Program-made: the position numbers and the translations under genes | Shown here: in pieces, positions 12,004-24,218 of the stretch | How positions within the stretch are numbered: the stretch's first letter is position 1 | How the letters are laid out: every line of letters begins with the position of its first letter | Notes under the pieces: generated by a model | Told to the model about the DNA's origin: nothing | Database searches by the model: none | What the model saw: the letters and a program-made list of their open reading frames with translations, nothing else | From: Utricularia gibba | Lineage: Eukaryota > Plantae > Magnoliophyta | Reading direction: 5' to 3' | NCBI GenBank assembly: GCA_002189035.1 | Contig: NEEC01000010.1 | Coordinates: forward strand, 434,001-498,000 | Length of the DNA stretch: 64,000 nucleotides

Positions 12004-14023
12004 ATGCACACTTCTAAAAAATTGAGAACTAGATTCTTGATACCGGATGAATATGAGATTTGGGACAAAGAACCGGATGAGTTGATTGAGAATAAAATTC
12101 CAAACTGTGTGGGTCCAATGGGATTTGCCTAAAGCACAGAACATTTTCGTTGTGATTTGCGATTATCATTATTGCCCTTTTTAGAAGAAATATTAGAATG
12201 TTTAGAGATTCTTTTATCTTATTTGACTCCAAAATCTATCTCATATGTGTTGGTCTTTATTAATATTTGTGAGGAGTTATGTCTTGAGATGGAACTTCGC
12301 TATTTTTTTGCTGTGAGTGTATGCTCTAAGACTCTAAACAAGAACCACTACACCCTAAAGGGAAAAAAAAGGTTGGTGCTAGTGAAGTATGTGAGAAGAG
12401 GATTTGAAGAATGCTAGACAAGTTTTGTTTGGATATGTACTCCAATGAAAATCAAATTTGCTCAAATTTATACTAATTTGAGCGAAGTAGGCAAGGCGAA
12501 AGGTAAATCTTGCTTTGTATTGTTAGAAGAAATATGAATAAAAATATTCCATATTTTTATTGAAATATTCCATATTTGTATTGAATGTTTTTATTGAAGT
12601 TATTATGATTGAATGTTTTTTTTAATCTACTCTTATTAAAACTATTTTTATTGAATATTTTTATTCAATACCTTTTTCGAATATGTGTATTGAATTTATT
12701 GCTGTCGAGTTTACACTTATCATGTTGAATATTCTTATTTAATATTTTTGTTGAATATATTCTTAATAAATTTACTTTTATTGTAGGATTTGATACCTTG
12801 TCCAAGAGGAATATACAAGATCTTATTCTCGTCTTCTCAAGTATGCAAAGGAGTTTTGTTGACATTTTACCACCATTTGTGGATGCACCGGGGACAAAAC
12901 CCTATTGGTGTGGTGTGTTGAAAAACCCTAGAATCTCCCAAAAGAATGAAGACTTGTCTAGGAATGAGAGGACACAAGATGGAAATGATGTTAAAGGGGA
13001 CGAGGTCACACATGGTCTCGATGATGTCGATGATAAACTTGAATTTATAACAGAGGAGAATGAAGAGCTTCGCTACAAGTTGGATTGGTATGAGAGTCGT
13101 TGGGCATATACTAGACCTCCTTTTAGTGCCTCTGAGCCTCAACGAAAGCTGATTATCTTGGATGTAAATGGTGTGCTAGCAGACATCATTTATAGGGCTG
13201 GAGCGTCAAGGTCACGAATCCCTCCAGATAAAATCATATATGGCCGATCAGGTACGTTAACACAAGACTTATTTTTTGTGTGTTATGTGCATTCACGATT
13301 TATGAGATATCATAGTTAACTTTTGGTGCAAATTATGCAGTCTTTCTACGTCCACATGCCCGCGATTTTATTAGGTGGTGTTTGGATAATTTTGATGTAG
13401 TCTTATGGTCATCTCGTGGGGTTACGTGTGCTGCATCTTTTTTTCTTAGGTTGGTATTTAGAATTGGTGCAAACAATTGCAAGTGATTTATTTTGTAGGG
13501 AGCAACTACAAGCAATCACTAAATGGGTCTTTCCACCTTCGTTATTCGGCAAACTCATTTTCGTATGGGACCAAACCATGACAACGGACACCGGCGTACG
13601 TGTTCACAACAATCATAGCAAACAGTTTACATGAAGGAGTTGAGTCGTGTATGGGCTGTCAACAATGGATTGAACACAAGATATGACCGTCACAATACCT
13701 TATTAATTAATGATTCACCTCACAAGTCAATGAAAAATCCGGTAAGTCATTTTTTGCTAGTATACTCTTGCATACACTTGGTTATACATCAAAACTAACC
13801 CTTCAATTTTTAGAAAAATAATGTTGTTTTTCCAAATCCCTATTCGCATACTAATAGGGATGATGCATCACTCAATGTTGATGGTGAGATGCTGACTTTC
13901 CTTAAAGGGTTATGGCATGCTAATGATGTTCCAAGTTATGTTAATGAGAATCGAATAGGACAGCCTCCCATACGTGAGGGACATGCCTTATGGGAGTATT
14001 ATGTATGCCTACATAATTGTTAG
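12004..14023 (+). pseudogene. Spliced cargo gene: gypsy-type-transposase-like (PF04195-like) exon plus FCP1/NIF HAD phosphatase-like exons
   Basis: Inferred exons 12004-12502, 12787-13251, 13341-~13420, 13499-13741 and 13814-14023 with GT-AG introns. FCP1-like motifs: KLIILDVNGVLADI, VFLRPH..FIRWCLDNFDVVLWSS, KLIFVWDQ, NTLLINDSPHK..NP, FPNPY. Two premature stops and two 1-nt frameshifts. Confidence 0.8.
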
Positions 14024-14224
14024 ATGGAGCCTCTGATTTCTAAAGAGCCGTCCCATTTATTTTCAATTAGACAGACACTTACCAAATGTCACATTTTGAT
14101 TATGCCATTGAATTTATTTTAAAATAAATGAATAAATTAATGACAATACCTACGAAACAACTTATTTATACTGTATGGCGCTTATTTTGATTTTTTCAAT
14201 TAATTTATAGGGACAGAACATACA

Positions 14225-15520
14225 TAAAAATGTTTCTTGTAGGGGTCACCGAAATATTGAAATACTATTAAATTTGATTACAGGTGTGAATTGTTTATTA
14301 AACGATTTCCAATTACAATTGGCATCCATATTTTAAAAAATATTTTTTCGTACATAATTATTTTAAATAATTTTATGCTAAAACACAGAATTATAAGTGT
14401 GTTGTTGACATACAATCACACTTTAATTTAAAACATTTTTAGCAAAAATATAATACGAATGTAAGTTCTTGTCTAACTTAACCTCAGATGTTGTGAGGCT
14501 TAATAGAGTAAAACATTTGAGATACAATATACATATACTTGTGTGAAAAAATTTCATTTTTATAATCCTACCTTAAATATTTAGCACATTACAACATTTA
14601 TGATGATAAACGTCATCATCAAGGACCATTTATATTAAAAAATACATAAATTTCCACTTCGTGGTTTAGGGTTTTCAGGGTTTTAGGGTTTAGGGTAAAT
14701 GAAATATCTGAAATATTCCCGCCTTTTAATATGTTGCAAATGTGAAATTTTGGATGGTACATATGTAACATTGTGTTTTAGGGGCGGCAAAAAAAATTTA
14801 TGGAAACACTCTCAAATGTACTTACGGATGTGAATTGTTTATTACATAATTTACAATTCAAATTGATGTCCATCAGATACAAAATATTTTTTGTATCGAA
14901 TTTCTATTTAAAAAAACCGGTTCAAAAATCTGAAATTACAAATGTATAATTCAAAGGCAATATAATGACATTAAAGTTTATAAATAATCATCCACATTTA
15001 CATTAGACACTAATGTATCTTGTTCTCTAATTTAAATGTGAAATATTATGATGCTTTATAAAAAAAATATTGAACATATATTTGCAAAGAAACGTGGTTT
15101 TTATTATTTTTAAACTTTATTTTAATTATCGACATTTACATAGTAATGATGATAAACTTCATTACTATGAACAAGAACTACTAAAATTTTTAATGTGTAG
15201 TTTAATTAAGGGTTTAGGACAATTAAATTTGTAATAAATTCTCGTCATTTTTTTAAAAAATTAAGAATAGTTGGATTTTGAGAATGTACATTCAAACACA
15301 AGTAATGCATAGGTGTCGCTGAAATATATCCATAACTTTTTCGTTTATCATTTTTAAAATACTGAAAATTTGAAATTTGGGATGGCACATCAAATAATGA
15401 GTATTTTGTAGGTGCCGCAATTTTTTTAATTATTTTAAATAATTGATTTAGACTATATATAGATGTGAATTATTCTATGCAATATGATTTTCTGAAAAAG
15501 TTGGCATCCATTGTATAAAT
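14225..15520 (+). repeat. Old degenerate tandem repeats of ~540-600 bp
   Basis: Recurring (TGT)AGG(G/T)G..., GATGTGAATTGTTT and TTG(G/AT)(C/G)(A/T)TCCAT blocks at ~14235, ~14775 and ~15405; ATGATGATAAAC at ~14600 and ~15145. Confidence 0.55.
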
Positions 15521-15764
15521 GTACAACCCTACCTAGTTTACATCACCTTATGCTGCATACAAAGGCTCTTCTTATCAGTGTCGTCGCGCTCTTGAAAACC
15601 TAGAATTCGTCGGCTTAAAATCGGGTAATCTTGTTGTTGCAACTTACATTATTTTTGTGAAATGTATTCTATGCATTTGTTGCTACAGTATGCGTTATAT
15701 ATTCAGTTGGGTATAGTTATTAAAAATTATCTTTTCATATAATTATGTATCCTTTATTGATTAG

Positions 15765-16113
15765 GGAACGGATAGATTTCGTGTTAAATATTTCATCCCA
15801 ACAGATTGGTTGACAATTCATGCTCTGCAAAACACACCTCTTGACGCCAATCCCCCTCATGAGCATCCAAATGCTTGGCTTGTGTCTCGTAAAACATTTG
15901 ATGCTGGTCTTAGGCTACCTATTCATCCCTTTGCTCTTGATGTGCTCACCTACTTGCGATTGCCTATTAGGTTTTTAGCATCATCTTCCTATAGTATTAT
16001 ATTAGCCTTCTTACACTTGTGTGAAGAAGAATATGTAGAACCTTCCTTGTCAAATTTTTTTGCACTATCTCTTCCAAAAAAAGCTCCTACTCAAACATGG
16101 ACTATAACAATAT
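15765..16113 (+). pseudogene. Second gypsy-type-transposase-like (PF04195-like) exon, cut by a solo LTR
   Basis: After an AG acceptor: DRFRVKYFIPTDW..KTFDAGLRLPIHPFALDVLTYLRLP..SSYSIILAFLHLC..EPSLSNFF. Confidence 0.7.
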
Positions 16114-17490
16114 TGATAAACGGGAATTTCCTAATATCGTTGCAAATAAAAATAAAAAATCCGTATCAAATAAATTTATAATCCCTAATCTACACAAAAT
16201 AAAAATTTGGAAAACTTGTACAGTGGATATCGGGGTCGATCACGAAGACCTTGTGCTTGCTAAGTGTTTTAATACATGCATAATTTCGGATAACAATAGG
16301 TCTTAGTCTAAGCTCGGACTAACAGTGGTAAACAAGTTCAGTAAACAAGGTAGGTAAGCAATATCAGGTTTCTACGCTAGGGTAATAGGTACTGGTTTTG
16401 ACTCAGACTAATATGAGGATGCCTTAAGGGTCTGTGGGTTGTGTTATGCTAAGATTCCTAACTCAATTTATTATCTTCCTACACTCACAACTTCAAATAA
16501 CCTAAGTCTACCCAGGTCATTCATCATATTTTTGGCTTAAACTAGTCCCCAATATCATAACCAATTTTGCAATTGGGTCTACCCGCATGCAAGGTATATA
16601 GAACTAAATCTACCCGGTTCTACTGGTTCTACCCTGGACTAACACCGACTGCTCCCGTCTTGGTTTGTTGGTCTACCTCTAAACGAAGCATCTAAGTTGT
16701 GAAACTACTTGTTTCCCTCCTTTGGTCTACCCATGGTTTGTTAAAAACAAGAGTTAAGGAATACACATAAATTTCATTATCAAACCTAAGCACACACCAC
16801 ACCCCTTCACCTTAAGGCATCCCTAAGACTCTAGCCACTCATGCTTTGGAAATAAAACACGATTTCATTCATATAAGCTGGCCAAAATGGCAGAAACATT
16901 GTAACAAGTCAAATGCAGAAACTTGAAATGTTCAGAAAAACGGAAAGCAAATAGATATTGTTTTTCCGCCCGCTATCTACTGTTCACAGCTCTGAATAGT
17001 AGTGCTGGACTGGGCTCCGGTTGTGTTCATGATGATGAAGGCCTCTCTTCCCCCCTCTGGTTGGTGTTTCTCCCGTTGGGGAAGAAGACCCCCTTGCGTC
17101 CCCCTCGCTATGTGTTCTCCTTTTCCCGCTCTCTCCTTTTCGAAAATAATATCTTCCCTCATTTACTCCCACGCACAGTTTCTGACACCATCACTGTTCT
17201 CGCCCTGAACTTTTAGACTGTAGGTGGCGGAACAGTGCTCTTTATCTCTTGCAGCTTGGTGACTTTCACGAAATTCAGATCTCTTCCTTGATTCTTGGGT
17301 TGCTGCTAGACTCCAAAATCGGGTTAGATATGGGGTGGGCTAAATCAAAGAATTTAGCCCACTAATCACACCAAAAATTACATTTTCCTAAATTTCATAA
17401 AAACACTTAAAATTATAAAATAAACACATAAACAAGATTAAAAATTCATGATTTTTCATATCCTAAAACCTGAAAATTTGTGTGCTATCA
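16114..17490 (-). mobile_element. Solo LTR A1 (Athila-like)
   Basis: TG...CA termini; TSD AATAT on both sides; highly similar to 28940-30357. Confidence 0.92.
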
Positions 17491-18143
17491 AATATTTATT
17501 AATTTTTAGTGAAATTAACTTATTTCGGATTATATTATATATTAAACTTATACCAAATTATTTATTATATATTGAACTTATACCAAATTTATTTATTTCA
17601 TATTATTATATTAAACTCTCACCAAATTACTTATTTTTACAGATAATGTTAATATAACATTGTTATGTTTTATTTTTCTGTGAATATGTAAGACTAAATT
17701 CTTTAAATGTATTCACTTTTTAATAATAATAAAAATTTCAAAAATATTAAAGATTTAAACTAAAAATAATTTATTAGTAATATAGTTGAAAAAAATACTT
17801 TTTCGTACATATATATTAATATGATTTAAAATAAAAATCAATTCTTGAAATATTTAATATTTATTAAAATTTTCACTTCCAAGACACCCATAAGGATTCA
17901 TATGGGTGCCTAGAAAGCACCTACAAATAGTAACCATGTTTTCGGTTACGGTTCAGTTCGTAAATCTTGGTTTCGGTTTTGAATCGAAACCGTCTGTATA
18001 GTTCCAGTTTCGGTTCAGTTCAAGCCTTCCGGATACGGTTCCAAACCGAAACCGGAACCGTTGCCCACGGCAAACCGCGGTTTTGAAACCGACGGTTCGC
18101 TGGAACCGCTCGGTTCCAAACCGAACCCACCTCTAGTCTCAGA

Positions 18144-18245
18144 TGCAGTCTCCATCTCCTGGAGATAGTCCAGTAGTAAGGGTTGCTTATCCATTCGTCG
18201 TTTTGTTTCGGGCGTCCCCCCTCTTGCGCGTTGGAGTTCACCCAC
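18144..18245 (-). pseudogene. Tat gag, 5' part
   Basis: GELQRARGG..QEMETA joins S-E-T-EEEILRRK at 4362 in frame. It lies downstream of the PBS and LTR. Confidence 0.8.
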
Positions 18246-18436
18246 GAGGATAACTTAATGTCGGAAATATCTCCGTCATGAGGGCTTTAAGTTGTTCCGT
18301 GTTGATTACCATAAGGTCGGGGTCTTATACACCGGAACTGCCTTCGTTGCTGGAGTTGGTGGACGTGTTGTTTTCCACCATAATGAATGTTTGGTGGGTA
18401 ACTTCTGTGGATTTCTCAAGTGGAACAATAGATCTT

Positions 18437-18454
18437 GCCCCATGGTGGGTGCCA
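18437..18454 (-). promoter_or_regulatory. Primer-binding site, tRNA-Lys type
   Basis: TGGCACCCACCATGGGGC versus TGGCGCCCACCGTGGGGC (complement of the plant tRNA-Lys(CUU) 3' end); two G-to-A transitions; adjacent to the LTR end. Confidence 0.8.
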
Positions 18455-18457
18455 AAA

Positions 18458-19010
18458 TGTTGTGATTGAAAATCGGCGTTAGGATGGAAATTGATTTACA
18501 GGTTACGAATGCATCTGGATGCATCATACCCGACTACAACTCTAGTGCTCTATGTGATGCGATGCGGTTAATAGAAATAAAGGAAGGTGGGGATTTTAAC
18601 ATGGAAACCGTCATAGAACAGAAAAACTACGGTGCTGTCGGAGCTCGCCGGAAAATGACTTCACTAGATAGAGATAGGGGAAAGATAACAGTTATAGGGC
18701 TTGGAGTCCAACCCTTTTTTTTTTTTGAATTTACTATATTTATAGAAGAGGTTGGTCAAACTGAATTCTGAATTTTGTCGATGTCAACTACTTTTTGCAC
18801 CTGTTGTACACACTGTGGCCTTGCTTTCAAATACCCGCCGACTGCTTAACCATAGCCGTAATTCGGCTACTTTTCATACTGTTCAAAACGAACACTGTTA
18901 GCAAATCTCTAACACATATCGGTTTGTCAGCCTGCACCAGTCTACTAGGACAGGTTTTTGGCTACTTTTCAGAGGCCGGTTATCTTGATCCGATTTATCC
19001 TCCATCAACA
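18458..19010 (-). mobile_element. 5' LTR of the Tat element (~550 bp)
   Basis: Minus strand starts TGTTGATGG and ends ATCACAACA just before the PBS. It contains TATAAATA near 18740. The outer boundary is inferred. Confidence 0.65.
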
Positions 19011-21699
19011 ACCAAAACATTCCTTGGTGAATCAGGAAAAAAACTACGTACATACATGTTTTTAAAAAAATAGTAAAGACAACAAACATATAAAAATCAG
19101 AAAAAAAACAAGGGGTCACTACCCCACCAAAAAGGAATAGGAAAGATGCAAAAGTGATATTATATAGAGAAAAGAATGTAAAATGTCTAGGGAAAAGATT
19201 CAATGTACCTGAAATGAGTTCGAAGATAGTAGCAAAGAGATCCAAAGAAATGAAGTGGAGAATAAGAATTGGAAGAATTTGGATGAAAAAAAGTAGGACA
19301 TAAATTCATGCTTTTTTAAGTCTCATTTCTACAAGGAAACGAGACTTCCTTCTTCCGGTTTTTGTGAAGTAAAATTTCCCCAAATTACTAATTTTCATAA
19401 AAATAATATTGCTTTCTGGAAAACAATGTCAACATTTACGAAAACCACTAAAGATAATCTAAGTCCCATTATACAATCTCCCACAACTAGAGCAATAAGA
19501 TTTAACACTATTCTCATTACATAATTTTTTGAATTTATTTTTTAGTTTTTATAAATTCTAATATTTAATCATTTTATAATAACATTAAATATTCAAATTT
19601 GACAATAAACTTCAACAAGTATTAAATTTATTCAAATTTATCTTAAACATTAATTAAAAAATTAATTAAAAACATTTTACTTCAAACGTGTTTAAAATTT
19701 TTCGCTAATTGTATCATATAGATTCAAATTTTTGTATTTACTTTGAATATATTTAAACCTTTTTTTTATTACATCAAATATGATTTTAACTATTTTATTC
19801 AAGCGGGTACTACACACGCTTATATTAAAAAACAATTAGAAAAATATCAGCTATAAAATTTAACATTAACATCAAATATGACTAAATTTCATGAAAAATT
19901 ATTCATTATTTGCATTCACATATATCTAAATTTCATATTTACTCCAAATATATTTAAAATTTTATTTTTCTTACATCAAATATAATCTTAACCATTTTAA
20001 TCGACCCTGTATTACACACACATGAAAATGAAGAACAATATTAGTTATAAAATTAACATTAGCCTCAAATGTGATTAAGCATTTAAAATTTACTTATAAT
20101 ATACATAATATTAACAAAATTATAGCAATTTTTAAATATGACATATGATTAAATTTCATATATATAATCTCATTATATATCTTTTTTAAAAATTAAATAA
20201 TTATAAAATAATAAATTATTTTATCGAAAAGAATATTACTTATTTAAAATTTCAGTTTTTCCTTCGTGGATTTGTTTATGTGCATACATAATATTAAACA
20301 TCTATAAACTATTTAGTACATGAGTTTATATAGCTTAATATATTAACTCGTACTAATAAGTATCTTGCATTTGATATTATTTACCCCACTGATTTGAATA
20401 AATCAAATACAAACCTATAGTAAAGGTTTAATAAAAATTGATTGGGAGATAGATTATCTAAATGTGAAACTATTTAGAGTTCGAAAACCGAAAACTTTTA
20501 CCACATAAATTTTGTAATTTTAGAGCATAATATATGTAAACATTCATACTTACAATATTATTTTAATTATATATTTATACTCATACACAATACACATATA
20601 TAAATTATTTTCCATGTTATATATGTCAATGTATTTTTTAAAATATTAGATTTCTTTTAATTAGACAAATAAATGATCACTAATTTGCAAAGGAATCGTT
20701 GAGATTGTTCATTCTCAAATTGACACACTTGCCATACGCTTTTGTATCGTCTTACCTTCATATGCCATAATTAATTTGTGCAAGTCTTTGCCACGTGGGC
20801 TAAATCTGATCGACAGACGCTCTCACACACTTGGTACATAAATGTGTTTGGTTATTTTCAATGGCAATCAATGTGTTCGTAGGGTTTATATTTTTTTTTA
20901 TCAGTAAATGTTATTAAAGGTAAAATAGCTAAATATTTTAGCAATATTTATAAAATTTGAGAATGTAATTCTCTCATACAATTTTATAAAATGAGTAATG
21001 TTATTAGTTTGCATAATTAAAAGTAGAATTTAATTAGAATTAAATATTATCTTTAATCGTAAAGGGCACGTTTTGGTGGTTATAAATAAACGTGTATTTA
21101 ATAGATAGATATTAAATATTTTATTATTGAAATAAAAAATAAATTAAATTATATTTAAAAATAAAGTATTACAATTTTTTATGCAGTTAGTTGTTTAAAA
21201 AAGTATATTTAAAAATAAAGTATTTAAAAATATATGTTTGATAGGTATATGCTCTCGAATTTATAAAGAAATTATAATTTAACCTTTATGTAAACTGGCT
21301 ACATAAAGTATGCAACTAAATATGAAATATTTTTGTTTAAATGTATGTGCATTTTTATTTTAGAAGTAATGATTATAAATTAATTGTTTAATTATTTTCT
21401 GCCCTTCTAAATCATCTTAAATACAATTTTATTCAGTCTGTTTATTCAACGAACGCCACTTTATATAACAAAATAAATATTTTACAGTAAATTTTATATA
21501 AATTTCACAATAATTTTTATAATTGATTTTATCTTGCTCCAAAATATATTTTTTATGAATATTTAGTATTTTTTTTTTACCTATTTTATATCTACTTTAC
21601 CATTACGTTTTATTAATTTTACATTTTTTATATTATATTAAATTGATATTTGCTTACCGTTATGATCTGGATCTAATCCTCACTCATCCTAATGGTGCA

Positions 21700-22290
21700 T
21701 GAATATCCAAAATCATTGTACTTGATATTGATCCCATAATCATGCTGCACATATCCATGGATCACATACAATGTTAACACAATGGGCCTATTGCATGTTT
21801 CATCTTCCACTTCAACTTGCATGCCTTCTATCTTCAATATTTAGCTTAGTGTCTTGCTTTTACTTCCAAAATGAAGTCCCTAGCTATAAAAGATATATAG
21901 AAAAAGGATATTAAAATAAAATAAAACAAAAATATGTGTATTTTTTATATAAATATTTAATTATTTAGATTAACTCCTAAGTGGACGTAATACAATAAAA
22001 AACATATCCAACACCAACTAACACCAACTTAAAGCATTTAGAATGTTGCATCTAGCACCAACTTAAATCCATATTCCAGAATTTGCCAATGCTCAACAAA
22101 TTGTAACCAAGATTAGGAACATAGTAAACATCTGAACCATTGACAAGACATAAATCAATATATGTTTCTCTTACTATAAATTTTGAGGTTTCGTCTGTCT
22201 TCCAATTGAACATCCTCAATCTAAGTTTACTCTAAAGAGCTTAAAAACTCCCTCTTTTCTGTCATATGGATAGTACAATCACTTTCCAAC
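21700..22290 (-). pseudogene. Ty1/copia protease and integrase remnant
   Basis: LESDCTIHMTEK (W.LDSG..HMT type) and DVYYVPNLGYNLLSIG at ~22050-22290. The integrase assignment further left is weak. Confidence 0.6.
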
Positions 22291-22701
22291 AATCAAATGT
22301 CATGTAATTTAGGTGTTATGAAGCATTTTATATTGTAAATGTTTTGATATTGGGCATTTAATTGTACATATTTTTAAGCCAAACTTTAATTATTGCATCC
22401 TTCTCATATGAACCTCGAATTTATAGAGATTAGCAACTCATGAACATCAGGAGATTTAATGTTTAAAAATGAATCCACCCAAGTTTATCCTCAAAAAAAT
22501 GAGTATCTTGCAATTAGATTATGAAAGAAATGAGAAATAAGGAGTCACATTTCAAATAGAAAATGAATTGGAAGTAATAATCCTTAAACATTACAAGCTC
22601 AAAATATTGATAAGTTAAGAGTGATTCAAAAAAGAGAAAATTTCTCATAAAAGTCATAAAAAAAAGTTAAAGATACTTCAAAAAATACATCTTTAGAGTA
22701 T

Positions 22702-23750
22702 TTATACACGGAAATTTCTTAATATCGTTACAATAAAAATAGAAATCCCTATCAAATAAATTTATAAGCTCTAATCCTCACAAAATATAAATTAAACACA
22801 AAGTGTACAGTAGAATTTAGGGTCGATCACAAGGAGCTTGTGCTTGCAATGTGTTTTTTGTGATGCAAAATGCGGTGCAACAGTGGTTCTTAGTCTAATC
22901 TTAAACTAACAGTAGTGAACAAGTTCAGTAAACAAGATTGGGTCTCAATGCTAAAAGTAAAAAGTGCTAGTTCTAACTCAGAGTAATACTAAGATGCCTT
23001 AAGGATTTGCAGGTGATGTGGTGCTAAGGTGTCTAATTTAATTTATCATGCTCCTACACACACAACTCTAAATAACCTAAGTCTACCCAAATCATTCATC
23101 ATATTTTCGACTAAGCTAGTTCTCAATATCATCACCAACATTGTAATTAGATCTACCGGTATGCAAAGCACATAGAACTAGGTCTACCCGGTTCTACGGG
23201 TTCCACCCCAGACTAACACCTACTACTCCCGTCTTGATTTGTTGGTCTACCTTTAAATCAAGTGTCTAAGATGCGAAGCTGTTCATTTCCCTCCTTAGGT
23301 CTACCCATGGAATATTAGAAACAAAAGCTAAGAAGCAATGATGAATTTTGTTATGAACCTTAGCTCCCACATAACCATTTTACTCTCTAAGGCATCCCCT
23401 AAGGCTTAACTACTCATACTTTGATGGTAAAACATAATAATATTAACATCAAGCAACGAAAATACCAAAAACATCGTGAAAGAGTTGGTTGCAGAAACTA
23501 AAAATGTCAAAAAATGAAAGTAAAATAGAGATAGTTCTGGTTTCTGTCGGCTACTGTTCATAGGCCGGAACAGTAGCGCTGGACTAGGTCTTGATCTTCG
23601 CTCTTCACGCTGGAGGTTCTTCTCTAGAAAAATCGCCTTCCTTTTTCTTTTTGGTTCCTGTTTGTCGTGTTGGAGTTGGGGGAGAAACCCCCTCGTATGT
23701 GTTCTGTTCGAATTGGTCACCCTCTTTGCGATTCTCTCTCCTCCGAGAGA
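22702..23750 (-). mobile_element. Truncated family-A LTR
   Basis: Homologous to A1/A2 from its terminus (acggaaatttc.taatatcgtt..tcaaataaatttata). The other end is missing and there is no TSD. Confidence 0.75.
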
Positions 23751-23754
23751 GGCT

Positions 23755-24205
23755 TAGCATACTCTAGTAACATGTCCCAAAGTTTGACACTTGTCACATA
23801 AGCCAATGGATAAAGTTTTTTTCTTTATAATTCGTTTTTTTGCAATGAGCATAGGGAGGGAACTTTCCAATTTGATGAACTTTTTTTGAAGGACTTTGCT
23901 GTGGCTTGCTTGTAAGGCAAATTTCGCATGACTTCTGATGTCTTTTTTTTTTCCAACATGTTGGAAGGCATTTCGAGTGGCAATGTGAAGTTCTTCAGAC
24001 AATGTCTCAATGGTGACTTCAGAGTTGTTGCTCATGGATTCTAGCATATAGATCTTTGAATTATATTGTTTAGGAAGAGATACCAGTAAATGTTCAAGGA
24101 TGTCCTTTTCCTTTAACTTTCCATCAAGAAGTCAAATATGTTATCTTACACATATGGTCCTGCCCAAATATTGAGTAAACTTCTTTGTTTCTTTCATGTT
24201 CATAG
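23755..24205 (-). pseudogene. Ty1/copia gag remnant with zinc knuckle
   Basis: GKLKEKDILEHLLVSLPKQYNSKIYMLES..TIETLSEEL..CDKCQTLGHVTRVC. Confidence 0.75.
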
Positions 24206-24218
24206 AGGAAAAATCTTT

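Larger units (their letters stand above)
4363..18135 (+). mobile_element. Large (13,773 bp) hAT DNA transposon with cargo
   Basis: TIR TAGAGGTGGGTTCGGTT at both ends. 8-bp TSD GTCTCAGA at 4355-4362 and 18136-18143. AACCG/GGTTC-rich subterminal repeats. Internal hAT transposase. Confidence 0.93.

Noticed and set aside
16923-17216. Clusters of short ORFs in LTRs (also 29755-30189, 35757-36538, 37512-37739, 50387-50881, 51087-51428)
   Set aside because: Chance ORFs within repeated LTR sequence, with frames not conserved between copies.
19300-21690. Very AT-rich tract with faint ~200-bp internal repeats
   Set aside because: No termini, hairpin or coding motif could be established, so no Helitron or MITE call is supportable.
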